This document shows, piece by piece, positions 46,306-56,157 of a stretch of DNA of 64,000 nt (the stretch's first letter is position 1; every line of letters starts with the position of its first letter). The notes below the pieces were generated by a model. It was not told where the DNA came from and searched no databases. It saw nothing but the letters and a program-made list of their open reading frames with translations. The DNA comes from a virus. A program made the translations under genes and the position numbers. The stretch covers positions 1 to 64,000 of IMG/VR virus record IMGVR_UViG_3300045971_000354; one strand, written 5' to 3'.

Positions 46306-48086
46306 GGTGCCTCGACATATTCTGGGTTTGTATCATAACTTGTGTATCCGTTTTCCTTAACTACCCTTAACACATTATTAACCCGGCCGATAAGTTCGTC
46401 TTTGTGCGAGATTAAGAAAATATTTTTATTTCGGTCACGCGCCATTTTCTTAAGAACTCCTAACCCTGCTTCGACTCCTGCTGCATCCATCCCTGCATCG
46501 ATAAGTTCGTCGACAAATAATAAGTTAATATGTTGATACAAGTTTTCCCATACATCTCGGAATGCAAAACTTAATGATAAAATAAGTCGATTTCGTTCAC
46601 CACGTGACAAATTATCAAAGTCTAGTTCTTGTCCAAGCTGTGTAATTTCTACATTAAGATCATTCAAAAACACAACTTTATGAGGTAATCCCATTTTGTC
46701 AATATAGTAACTTAACCGTTTATTCAGGTAGCTCAAGTTTTGATCAATAATCTTCTTACGAATGAAACTGTCTTTGTTAGTAAGCAACTTGTGTAATAAT
46801 TCTTGATGATCTTTCAATTTAGCTAATGCGTTAACTTCGTCCCAAACAATTACTTGAAGTGCTTCTTTTTTCAGATCTTCGATCTGTTCGTCGTAGGGGT
46901 TATATTCATTATACTTGTCTTCTAAACTTTTTTCAAGCCCCGCAAGATTATTTTTATGGCCTAACGCTTCTGCTTCTGTTTCGTAAAATGATGCAGATGG
47001 TTTTGGTATCTCACTAATTTCGGCAAGGCCGGTTAAAATTAAATCGAGATCGTTTTTAATTTTAAGACCATACACTGTGCTCTCATCAAAATCTTTCTTC
47101 GCCTTTGCAAGCATGTCAGTATGCTTGTGGTCGTGTAAATCTTGTTCGCAAGAAGGACACTTATGATCTGCAAGTGTTGCAATTTCTCTGCCATATCTCG
47201 CAATAGATTTTTCGGCCTGTCCGACTGCTGACTCTAATGTTGCTTTTTGTTTATTAAGATCTCGTATCGACGCATTATTTGCATTCCACTCTTTTAATGC
47301 AATATGACTTTCGAGCTCGGCGTTAATATCAACAGACTCTAGTTGCATAATAGCTTTTCCGAGTTTTTCTAAATCTTGGTCTTTCTTGTGTTCCCAGGCA
47401 GAACTTTTAATAGATAAACTGTTTATTGCCTTTTGCACATTTTCATTTGCTATCTTGATACCGTCGATTTTATAAGTTTCGGCTTGTATCTGATCTTTGA
47501 TATCCTTCATTGCTGTCTTTAGTGCTTCGGCTTTTAGACTTAGTGCAGTAATTCCAAGCAACTGCTCGATAATTTCGCGTTGATCTGCTGCTTTCAATGA
47601 AAGAAACGGCTCCGTGTATGTGTTTAGTGCAACTAAATGCTTAAACATCATATGACTCATTCCGAGTAATGATTCGATATACTTTTGTGTTTCTCGGCTG
47701 TCGCCCTGTGCATCATCGTCTTCTGCTTTCTGTTCTTCTTCGTTTATAAAGATTTTAAGAATATTAGGCTTACGACCACGCTGAATACGATAGTTAATTC
47801 CGTTGACAGAAAACTCAACAGTAACTACCATAGCCTTACCGTTCGTTTTGTTTATTAAGTTTTCTTTTTTAATGTTAGTAAGAGCCTGACCATATAGACC
47901 GTAGCTTAATGCATTAATCATCGTAGTCTTACCAGTACCATTTCGACTACCGCTATCGTCACCGCCTAAGTCGAGATTTTCGCCTAGCACTAATGTTAAG
48001 TGCTCTTTGTCAAAATCTACTGCTTGTGTTTGATTTCCGATCGATAAGAAATTCTTAACGGTGATATTTTTAATGTGAAATGCCAT
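46302..48086 (-). CDS. gp46: Recombination endonuclease ATPase subunit (Rad50/SbcC-like)
   Basis: KNFLSIGN, Walker A NGTGKTT, CPSC zinc hook, LSRGE signature, LLFVDE Walker B, LISH. Confidence 0.95.
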   Translation of the reverse strand: MAFHIKNITVKNFLSIGNQTQAVDFDKEHLTLVLGENLDLGGDDSGSRNGTGKTTMINALSYGLYGQALTNIKKENLINKTNGKAMVVTVEFSVNGINYRIQRGRKPNILKIFINEEEQKAEDDDAQGDSRETQKYIESLLGMSHMMFKHLVALNTYTEPFLSLKAADQREIIEQLLGITALSLKAEALKTAMKDIKDQIQAETYKIDGIKIANENVQKAINSLSIKSSAWEHKKDQDLEKLGKAIMQLESVDINAELESHIALKEWNANNASIRDLNKQKATLESAVGQAEKSIARYGREIATLADHKCPSCEQDLHDHKHTDMLAKAKKDFDESTVYGLKIKNDLDLILTGLAEISEIPKPSASFYETEAEALGHKNNLAGLEKSLEDKYNEYNPYDEQIEDLKKEALQVIVWDEVNALAKLKDHQELLHKLLTNKDSFIRKKIIDQNLSYLNKRLSYYIDKMGLPHKVVFLNDLNVEITQLGQELDFDNLSRGERNRLILSLSFAFRDVWENLYQHINLLFVDELIDAGMDAAGVEAGLGVLKKMARDRNKNIFLISHKDELIGRVNNVLRVVKENGYTSYDTNPEYVEAP

Positions 48087-48087
48087 G

Positions 48088-49101
48088 TTATAGATTGTTG
48101 TAAATGTCTAGGAGCAATGCTTTATCAAACGTATCCGAATCGAGATTAACTAGCTGTTCAGTTACAATCTGATCAACACTTTCAAATTCTGCATCTACTG
48201 CTTCGTCTGCGGAAGTTTCTAAACTTGCTTTTTCTTGTATTAAACTAATTTCGCGAATATCGTATGTGTCGACAAATGTTTCTTTGATAAAGTTTGCTTC
48301 CTCATACGAAATATCTACATCCAAATGCACTTTCAAATACATTTTTGATTTCATAATGCTATCAGTTTCATCAATTAGCTTGCTTAAATTTAGAGTTCTA
48401 AACTTTGGAGCATCTGGCCATGCTTTGTATTCGGGCTTTCCGTCCCAATCCATTATCATCATGCCTCGGGAATCGTCCCATGTATCTGCAAAGTTATGTG
48501 GGAATGCGTTTCCGATATACACAATTTTATCACGCTGTTGTCGCTTATGGAAGTGTCCGCTGAAAACATAGTCTTGATGTTTGAAATGATTTGCTTGAAG
48601 TTCACCGTTATCGGGCATCTGTACCATTGCATTCATATGAAATAGTGGTAGTTCAAAGTGGCCGAACATATATTTGCTCTTTACTTTAGAAATCCCTTTC
48701 CATTCTTCGCCGACTAACCACGGAACTAACGTTACATTCCCGATAGTTGTAACTTTTTCAACAACAGTTACACCTGGAATATGCCTGCCAAATGATGAAC
48801 TGTGAATATCGCGCTTGTCTTTATAGAACAGATCGTGATTTCCTGGAAACCAAAAGAACTGTTCGAATGCTGCGCCTAGTTTTTCTAGACACCGCATACT
48901 TGTGTCTAGTGTAATTAAGTTGATTGAATTTCGATTATGATGCCAGTCTCCTAGGAAGATGCAAGTTTCACAACCACTGGCCTTTGCTTCCTGGATAAAC
49001 CAATCTACAAAATCTTCACAATCTTTGTTGTGTGTTGACGAATTTGATTTCAACCCAAAGTGAATATCTGTAAAACACGCAACCCGCTTGAATAATTCCA
49101 T
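48088..49101 (-). CDS. gp47: Recombination endonuclease nuclease subunit (Mre11/SbcD-like)
   Basis: TDIHFG, FLGDWHH, GNHD, GHFE, SGHFH metallophosphoesterase motifs. Confidence 0.95.
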   Translation of the reverse strand: MELFKRVACFTDIHFGLKSNSSTHNKDCEDFVDWFIQEAKASGCETCIFLGDWHHNRNSINLITLDTSMRCLEKLGAAFEQFFWFPGNHDLFYKDKRDIHSSSFGRHIPGVTVVEKVTTIGNVTLVPWLVGEEWKGISKVKSKYMFGHFELPLFHMNAMVQMPDNGELQANHFKHQDYVFSGHFHKRQQRDKIVYIGNAFPHNFADTWDDSRGMMIMDWDGKPEYKAWPDAPKFRTLNLSKLIDETDSIMKSKMYLKVHLDVDISYEEANFIKETFVDTYDIREISLIQEKASLETSADEAVDAEFESVDQIVTEQLVNLDSDTFDKALLLDIYNNL

Positions 49102-49110
49102 TTAATAGTT

Positions 49111-49151
49111 CTCCTAACTATAGTATACACGACAGTTAGGAGTTAAATCAA
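49111..49151 (-). promoter_or_regulatory. Sigma70-like promoter embedded in an SD-sequestering inverted repeat upstream of gp47
   Basis: TTGATT-N18-TATACT; CTCCTAACTGT pairs with ATAGTTAGGAG, which contains the SD AGGAG. Confidence 0.55.
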
Positions 49152-50062
49152 GAGACTTCTTCGCCATCTTCAATAGGATCTTCTTCCGACTTAGGCATCC
49201 GCATTTTTTTGTATAACTCTGCTTGCCGTGCAATTTCTTCTGCAAATATTTGGCTACTCTGTCTTGTTAAACTCGGAGTTAACCCATTTTCTTCAAGTAA
49301 GTCGTCGCGAATATTTTGCATCTTCTTTTCGAGATTTAAAATACGAGTAAAAGAATTAGTTACGGCTGCGGTGTAATAGGCAAACGGGTTTTCTGATTTT
49401 GATTCGTCGAATTGTAAACCAATTTGGCTTAATTGTAAGATTGCTTGTCCTCGCATCTCTTCGATATAGGTATACCCACGCCAGTTAGACCGTTGTGCAT
49501 ATCGTTCACTTAATTTAATATACATCTTTCCGAGGTTTTCTGTAATTCGACCGTGGTCTTTACAAAATTTTCCAGTATGTACATCCCCTTTCCAATGACT
49601 CTTACCTACACAAATTAGTTCGTCTTTTTCGTTAAATTTCCAATGCTGATATGGAGGAAAGTTTACTTTTTCATGTGCATCTGCTGTGGTTTTGGTTGTT
49701 TTCTTTCGCCCGGGTGCAAGCGGAATATGATCAAATGTCATAACCCTAATAACTAAATCTAACTTTAATATAGTGTTAAAATCTGGAGTGACTTCGATTA
49801 GTCTCACTTTTTTATCACCTGCAACTCTTGCGGCATTAAAAATTGCTAACCCTATTCTTTTAGCACGGATTCGTTGGGCATCTACTAATGTAACATCATT
49901 TATCTTATCTTTATTTGATACAATAAGATCGTGCTGTGCATAATCTGGGCTAGTATAACTACTAAAACTTACTTTGCTTCTATGAATCTCTGCTAACAAA
50001 TCTTTATTGTTCAGGTATTTTTGTTTTCTACCTGAAGGTTGTATTATAACACTATTGGGCAT
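49148..50062 (-). CDS. gp55: Late transcription sigma factor (gp55-like)
   Basis: KYLNNKDLLAEI, NWRGYTYIEEM, FDESKSENPFAYYT motifs; gp55-gp47-gp46 synteny as in T4. Confidence 0.88.
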   Translation of the reverse strand: MPNSVIIQPSGRKQKYLNNKDLLAEIHRSKVSFSSYTSPDYAQHDLIVSNKDKINDVTLVDAQRIRAKRIGLAIFNAARVAGDKKVRLIEVTPDFNTILKLDLVIRVMTFDHIPLAPGRKKTTKTTADAHEKVNFPPYQHWKFNEKDELICVGKSHWKGDVHTGKFCKDHGRITENLGKMYIKLSERYAQRSNWRGYTYIEEMRGQAILQLSQIGLQFDESKSENPFAYYTAAVTNSFTRILNLEKKMQNIRDDLLEENGLTPSLTRQSSQIFAEEIARQAELYKKMRMPKSEEDPIEDGEEVS

Positions 50063-50083
50063 CTAGGCACCCTCCTTTTATAT

Positions 50084-50155
50084 ATTATAACATCTTTGGT
50101 TATACAACTGCAACCGAAAGCTATAATAGTAGCACTTTATTTATCAGGTTAAATA
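50084..50155. promoter_or_regulatory. gp55 sigma70-like promoter (TTGCAG-N18-TATAAT, extended -10) plus divergent late cores (- 50138-50143, + 50150-50155)
   Basis: Motifs read directly in the 50063-50172 intergenic gap. Confidence 0.6.
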
Positions 50156-50172
50156 AGGTATAGGAGAACGAT

Positions 50173-50871
50173 ATGGGATTATTAGATACAATAGTTGGTA
50201 GAGTAACGTCTGCATTTAGTGGGACACAGACACCGACATCTGCAAAATTTACAGGATCCGCTGTTGATCTCCGTGCGAAACTTAGAGTGCCAGATATGTA
50301 TTTGCTATCTAATACTCCTTCAGCTGGCCCAAACAATATTTTACAAAAAAACGGAGGCATTCTTTTTCCGTATACTCCTACGATTAGTATAGATAACAGG
50401 GCAGATTACGGCACATCGTCGCCACTTCATTCTAATTTTGCATTTTACTTTTTTAAAAATGCAAGTGTTGGTCCTATCACAGTTAACGCTAAATTTACTG
50501 TTCAAAACGAATTCGATGGTGCAGTTTTGCTAGGAGTAATACACCTGCTTAGGAGTTTAACAAAAATGAGATGGGGCGATGAACCTAATGCTGGATCTCC
50601 GCCTCCTATTTGTAGACTTGATGCATACGGAGATTTTATGTTAAGTAATGTTCCTGTTGCACTTACTGGATGGCGTCATGAGTTACCCGATAGTGTAGAT
50701 TATATTACAGTTGGCCGCCCGGGTAGTCCAACGCTTTATGGCCATAGTATGGTCCCGTCACTTAGCACATTGTCATTAACTTTTAATGTAATGTATAGCA
50801 GACAAGAAATGGGGAATTATAGAGTCGATAACTGGTTATCAGGCGATAGTAAAGGGAAAGGGTATCTATAA
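50173..50871 (+). CDS. Baseplate/tail-tube initiator-like protein (232 aa)
   Basis: GILFPYTPTI and GSPPPICRLDAYG..LSNVPV motifs typical of contractile-tail tube-like proteins; first gene of the baseplate operon. Confidence 0.55.
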   Translation: MGLLDTIVGRVTSAFSGTQTPTSAKFTGSAVDLRAKLRVPDMYLLSNTPSAGPNNILQKNGGILFPYTPTISIDNRADYGTSSPLHSNFAFYFFKNASVGPITVNAKFTVQNEFDGAVLLGVIHLLRSLTKMRWGDEPNAGSPPPICRLDAYGDFMLSNVPVALTGWRHELPDSVDYITVGRPGSPTLYGHSMVPSLSTLSLTFNVMYSRQEMGNYRVDNWLSGDSKGKGYL

Positions 50872-51167
50872 TGAGTGACTATAGTAGAACAAGTCCGTAC
50901 TTCTCGACACCAGTAGTAAACGGATATTTAGATATATTAAATTTTAAAGATATTCCTTCAGTTGCAGATGATGTTCAATTTACTATTACAAGTTTTTATA
51001 CACATCGCCCTGACCTGTTAGCAAACGATTTATATAATGATCCTCAATTATGGTGGGTGTTTGCTGTAAGGAACAAAGATGTTATTCGAGATCCTGTATT
51101 TGATATGATTCCGGGACAAACAATTTTTTTACCTAAGCTTGCAACTATAAAAGGAGCATTAGGATAA
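50871..51167 (+). CDS. LysM-like baseplate wedge protein (gp53-like)
   Basis: HRPDLLANDLYNDPQLWWVFAVRN..PGQTIFLP; TAATG-coupled. Confidence 0.78.
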   Translation: MSDYSRTSPYFSTPVVNGYLDILNFKDIPSVADDVQFTITSFYTHRPDLLANDLYNDPQLWWVFAVRNKDVIRDPVFDMIPGQTIFLPKLATIKGALG

Positions 51168-53965
51168 TGGCTGATCCTTTGTTTACAGGTAAAAATTATA
51201 CATCTGCGCTAAAGCGAAATATTTTACATTCTTATAGATCTTGGGTTTATAATTTTTCGTTTGGTGCAGTACCTCCTACCGAACTAACAACTGAGGACTC
51301 AGTTCGCAAAGCTATTAAAAAATACAATGTGTTAACGTCGTCCGGTAAAGGTACTCAAGGAATGCAGGTAAGTGGAGATGCAGCTAGCTTACCTGGAGAT
51401 GTTTCTAGTCTTGTTGACGAATATAATAAATTGAGCCCCGGCCATTTTGACATGTATATTGATGATGTAGAAATTCAAAGTGTAATCACTGCCGGAACAC
51501 CATCAACTGGATCGTCTCAAGCATGCAACGTAAAATTTTCAGTATACGAGCCTTACAGTATCAACGGATTTATCGAAGCACTCCAAGTTGCTGCTCAAGC
51601 ATCGGGTTATACTGACTATATTAAGGCTACTTTTGCATTAGAGTTTACATTTCAAGGTTATCCAGATGATCAACCCGTTGAGAGTTCTGTTCCTCAAGAA
51701 GTTCCATTTTCTAGCAGATATTATATTATTACTATTACCGGGATTGAAGCTGACATAAATGAAAACGGAACAAAATATCGAGTTGATGCAGTCCCAATGA
51801 CTCACACAGGATTCGGTAATCCTAATAATCTGTTATTTGACATTAAAGTTGCTGGAGATTCGGTTAAAGAAATATTATCAAATTTCTTTAACGGTATAAA
51901 CGAATCGCTTCGTGCTAATGCTGTAAAGAGCAAAAGCTTAACTGATTCTGAGGCTGGGGTAAAATACGATACTTATGAATTATCAGTTCCTGATATTGTT
52001 GCACCCGGCGGCACCGCACAAGACACTACCCAAGCATTAATTTGTTCAAAAGATGACGGCCCGATCAAAACTCCTAAAAACTTATTTCAGCATCGCGTAT
52101 TATCTTCGCCAATGAATAAGGTACTTGAATCAAAAAACGTATTTCAAATGGGAGATCCTAAACAGTTTGCTAAAGGGTATGTTGCAACTGGCACAAAAGA
52201 TTCGTCTTCTAAACCAACTTCGGACAAAATTTCGTTAACTAACGGAACTGTGGTATTTTCCGCCGGCTCGAAAATACATGATTGTATTATGGCAGTCATT
52301 CGAGATAGTGAGTGGGTATCTCAGCATATAATGGCAGGAACATTAGCAGGCAGTGATTTGGTAGATGCTTATGGAATGTTTACATATTTTACTGTTCGAT
52401 TGGAAACAAGTTACGGCGATTTTGATAAAGTTCAAAACAGATATTTGTTTAATTATCGATTTATACTTGAACCTTATAAGATGCACTACACTAGAATTCC
52501 GGGGAATGAACAAGGTACATTTAACCCTTCTGCAATAAAAGATACCTTACAGAGGTCCTACAACTATATCTATACAGGTAAAAATCTTGATATAGTTAAA
52601 TTTAATTTAAAATTTGATAATTTATATTTCTCAGGAACTCCAGCAAACGCAGGTAATAGGCCTGCAGAAAACCCAACAACTCATTCTGCTAAACCTAACG
52701 GCGATGTTGAGAATAAGCATCCTAATTCAGCATTTGGTCAAGATCCTGCGGCATTCAAGTCTATGTCACCAGTTGCTCCACGAAGTACTGATGCATCACA
52801 AAGCCAACGCCCTGAAACAGTAGCCGGTCAAATACAAAATACACCTTATCAACGATTAGCATCGAATATGCATAAGGCAATTTTAGGTGGTGCTGAGTTA
52901 ATTACGGGAAAGTTAGATATATTTGGAGATCCTTATTATCTAACTACTGGCGGCACATTATCTAGAAATTTAAAAGTTAAAGAAGCGTACCTTACTGCTA
53001 ACGGAGAAGCAGAAGTTACACAAACTGCACTTTATATCAACATTGATTTTAGAAATCCAGTTGATATAAACACTACTGGATTTTTAGAGTTCTCTAAGCA
53101 AACTCCATTTAGCGGAATTTATCAAGTTACTATGGTTAATAGTTTATTTAAAGACGGGTTGTTTACCCAATCATTAGATGTGCTTCGCCTTCCTGGACAG
53201 GTATTAGATGGGTCGACTGCTGTTATTGCAAACGACAATAAGAGTGTTGCGGAGCCCGATGCTGCTACGGTTAAAAATTCTGCAGGAGCAACAGTTGTTG
53301 ATACGGGACCAAAAACAAATGCTGCCGGCCTTGCTAGCTTAGGACCTTCGGTTAATTCTGCCGCAGATGCATTTACTACCCCTTCCTCAGTTGCTATACC
53401 AACATTACCTACTGGCATACCAACATTACCTACTGGCATACCGACATTATCTGCCACTCCTCTTGCATCAGCCAGCGCCGCCCTAAGTTCCGGCGCCACA
53501 AATTTAGTTTCAGGTGCAACTAATGTAATTGCAGGAGCCGCAAAGCAACTACCGTCACTAACTTCTGCTGCTAGTTCTCTTGCTGCTAAAGCTACAAGCG
53601 CAGTGACCCCGGCAATTGCACAATTTAAATCTATTGATTTTGCAGCAATTGAAGCGACTGCAAAACAAGGGTTAGATCTATCTATTTTAAAACCAACGCC
53701 TGGCAGCGGAGAAACTTTATCAGATCTTCTTAAGAAGATTCCGCCAGCACAACCATTTTCGCTTCCGCCGCTTCCGCCACTTGATCCTAGCCTTGCACTT
53801 AGCATTAAAGCATCTGCGGATACATTAAAATCTGCAATACCTAGTATATCTGTTCCGAAATTTGGAGATAATTTAACCGGTCTTGCTAATAATGCAGTTA
53901 GTGGAGTAGCTAACCTTACTTCTAATTTACCTTCTGCCGCCGGCACAGTAGCTAAATTTATATAA
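51167..53965 (+). CDS. Baseplate hub-like protein (gp27-like) with low-complexity C-terminal tail (932 aa)
   Basis: Lies between gp53-like and gp5; LDIFGDPYY and FSGIYQVTMVNSLFKDGLFTQSL hub-type C-terminal motifs. Confidence 0.55.
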   Translation: MADPLFTGKNYTSALKRNILHSYRSWVYNFSFGAVPPTELTTEDSVRKAIKKYNVLTSSGKGTQGMQVSGDAASLPGDVSSLVDEYNKLSPGHFDMYIDDVEIQSVITAGTPSTGSSQACNVKFSVYEPYSINGFIEALQVAAQASGYTDYIKATFALEFTFQGYPDDQPVESSVPQEVPFSSRYYIITITGIEADINENGTKYRVDAVPMTHTGFGNPNNLLFDIKVAGDSVKEILSNFFNGINESLRANAVKSKSLTDSEAGVKYDTYELSVPDIVAPGGTAQDTTQALICSKDDGPIKTPKNLFQHRVLSSPMNKVLESKNVFQMGDPKQFAKGYVATGTKDSSSKPTSDKISLTNGTVVFSAGSKIHDCIMAVIRDSEWVSQHIMAGTLAGSDLVDAYGMFTYFTVRLETSYGDFDKVQNRYLFNYRFILEPYKMHYTRIPGNEQGTFNPSAIKDTLQRSYNYIYTGKNLDIVKFNLKFDNLYFSGTPANAGNRPAENPTTHSAKPNGDVENKHPNSAFGQDPAAFKSMSPVAPRSTDASQSQRPETVAGQIQNTPYQRLASNMHKAILGGAELITGKLDIFGDPYYLTTGGTLSRNLKVKEAYLTANGEAEVTQTALYINIDFRNPVDINTTGFLEFSKQTPFSGIYQVTMVNSLFKDGLFTQSLDVLRLPGQVLDGSTAVIANDNKSVAEPDAATVKNSAGATVVDTGPKTNAAGLASLGPSVNSAADAFTTPSSVAIPTLPTGIPTLPTGIPTLSATPLASASAALSSGATNLVSGATNVIAGAAKQLPSLTSAASSLAAKATSAVTPAIAQFKSIDFAAIEATAKQGLDLSILKPTPGSGETLSDLLKKIPPAQPFSLPPLPPLDPSLALSIKASADTLKSAIPSISVPKFGDNLTGLANNAVSGVANLTSNLPSAAGTVAKFI
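53396..53452 (+). repeat. 21-bp tandem repeat (IPTLPTG x2.7)
   Basis: ATACCAACATTACCTACTGGC twice, plus a degenerate third copy. Confidence 0.85.
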
Positions 53966-53974
53966 GGATCTGTA

Positions 53975-56143
53975 ATGGCAATAAACACCCGCTCTAGTCT
54001 CGAAATTCTCACCCGCCCTGGCCCGTTCTTAGGAAGGGTGGTTAATCACCTCGATGGCACTTATATGGGAACAATTGAAGTTGTTCTTCTTAAACCTACC
54101 ACTGGTGATCCTGACTACAACTCTGTTGCAATTCCTGTTAGATATTGCAGCCCATTTATGGGGGCAACTTCTCAAGACTTCGAAGGTAGTGATCCTTCAA
54201 ATATTAACGATGTTCAACGTTCATACGGAATGTGGATGGTACCACCTGATATCGGTACTACAGTTCTTGTTATTTTCCTTGACGGTGATATTAATCAAGG
54301 ATTTTGGATTGGCTGTGTTGGCGACATGTTTCAAAATCATATGGTGCCGGGCATTGCTGCTAGCCAGTATGTTTCAATGTCTGCAGATCAAAAGAAAAAA
54401 TACGGTACTAATTTACTCCCTGTCGGTGAATATCTTAAGAAAATTGGAAGAGAGGGTGACGAGATTGATAATAAAACTAAACCAGTTCATCCTTTTGCTG
54501 ATCGTCTGCTCGAACAAGGGTTGTTAATTGATACTATTCGCGGAGTAACTTCTAGCAGTGCACGTCGCGAAGTTCCTTCGGCAGTTTTCGGAATTTCAAC
54601 ACCGGGCCCAGTTGACAAAAGTGAAACCGGAACACGAGGAGATATTGGGTTTAGCGATAAAGTTAACACCTATGTTGGACGATTAGGCGGCTCGTCTTTT
54701 GTTATGGATGATGGTGATAAAGAAGGACAAAATGAATTAATTCGCATTAGAACTAGGACCGGGCATCAAATTTTAATGCACAATTCTAGTGATTTGATTT
54801 ATATAGGAAACAGTAAAGGTACTGCTTGGATAGAATTAACTTCTTCAGGAAAAATCGATATCTTTGCACAAGATAGTGTTAGCATACACAGCGAAAATGA
54901 CTTTAATTTTAGGGCAGACAGGGATGTTAATATTGAAGCAGGTAGAAATTTGAATGTTTCGGTTAAAGGAACATCACATACTGATGTTACCGGAGACTAC
55001 ATTCTCAATGTTACTAGAAATGGAGTAGTATCTATTGATATGAATCACCATCTTAGAGTTGGATCTAATTCGTATCTTACATCAGACGGTGACACACATG
55101 TTGAAGCAGCAAACATTTTTCAAAGTACCCCTGGTGTATTGCATTTAAAATCAGATGGTAGCTTGTTCGTGCAATCGGGTGCAACTATAAATCAAACAGC
55201 CGCATCAGATTGGAAAGTTAGTGCAGGTGGGTCTATTAGCGAGAATTCGGGAGCAGATTGGAAAGTTAGTGCAGGTGGGTCGTCAAATATTACTTCTAGT
55301 CATCACTTAGAAACTGCTGGCAAGATTGATATGAATGGTCCTTCTGCAACCGCAGCAGAGGCAGCAGAGGCAGCTACTGCGGCCGCTCTTGCAGAACATG
55401 CATCTCATCTTCCTACGTATAGCCTACCTAATACACAATCTGACGAAGGTTGGTCGAATGGACAGTTCTTTAAAGCAGAAGATCTTGTTTCTATTATGAA
55501 ACGTGTTCCTACGCACGAACCGTGGGCACATCACGAAAACATTAATCCTAACGAATTTAGTGTTGCAGGTACTGATTTAGGAGCCACTGAACTTACTCCT
55601 AGTGTGACAAAAAGTGCAGGAAGTGATACTACAATAAAATATAATGCCCTGCCTGCTACGGCCGGAACACCACCTGCTAAAACTGGTATTACAGAAGATG
55701 ATAATATTGCGGCGTTTCTTTGGACTATTCGAGTTTGCGAAGGTACATCGGGTTCTAAAGGATACAACACAATGTTTACTGGTAAAACATTCGATAGTTT
55801 TGCAGATCACCCAAGACAGGCAATTTCTGCAGGAGTCGCAGGAAAGAGTTTAACATCAACGGCCGCCGGCGCATATCAATTCTTGAGTTCTACTTGGGAC
55901 GAAGTACAGAAAGCTACTAAACTTCCTGATTTTAGCCCTGCAAGCCAGGACAAAGCTTGTATATTTTTGTTGAAGAGATTGAAAGCACTTGACGATATTA
56001 AAGCAGGACGTTTTAAACAGGCTATTGATAGATGTAAAACTACTTGGGCTAGTTTACCGGATAGCCCGTATAATCAGCATCCTAAGTCCCTTACATTTGC
56101 ATTAAACACTTATCAGGCCGGCGGCGGCACGGTAACAGCATAA
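53975..56143 (+). CDS. gp5: Baseplate central spike (gp5-like) with C-terminal lambda-R-type lysozyme
   Basis: OB-fold SYGMWMVPPDIGTTVLVIF..G..GFWIGC; RIRTRTGHQILM beta-helix; C-terminal AFLWTIRVCEGT..YN, STAAGAYQFLSSTW, DFSPASQD, WASLP. Confidence 0.85.
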   Translation: MAINTRSSLEILTRPGPFLGRVVNHLDGTYMGTIEVVLLKPTTGDPDYNSVAIPVRYCSPFMGATSQDFEGSDPSNINDVQRSYGMWMVPPDIGTTVLVIFLDGDINQGFWIGCVGDMFQNHMVPGIAASQYVSMSADQKKKYGTNLLPVGEYLKKIGREGDEIDNKTKPVHPFADRLLEQGLLIDTIRGVTSSSARREVPSAVFGISTPGPVDKSETGTRGDIGFSDKVNTYVGRLGGSSFVMDDGDKEGQNELIRIRTRTGHQILMHNSSDLIYIGNSKGTAWIELTSSGKIDIFAQDSVSIHSENDFNFRADRDVNIEAGRNLNVSVKGTSHTDVTGDYILNVTRNGVVSIDMNHHLRVGSNSYLTSDGDTHVEAANIFQSTPGVLHLKSDGSLFVQSGATINQTAASDWKVSAGGSISENSGADWKVSAGGSSNITSSHHLETAGKIDMNGPSATAAEAAEAATAAALAEHASHLPTYSLPNTQSDEGWSNGQFFKAEDLVSIMKRVPTHEPWAHHENINPNEFSVAGTDLGATELTPSVTKSAGSDTTIKYNALPATAGTPPAKTGITEDDNIAAFLWTIRVCEGTSGSKGYNTMFTGKTFDSFADHPRQAISAGVAGKSLTSTAAGAYQFLSSTWDEVQKATKLPDFSPASQDKACIFLLKRLKALDDIKAGRFKQAIDRCKTTWASLPDSPYNQHPKSLTFALNTYQAGGGTVTA

Positions 56144-56157
56144 GGAGTAAATATATC

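Noticed and set aside
53122-54012. 296-aa minus-strand ORF
   Set aside because: Antisense shadow of the low-complexity tail of the hub gene.
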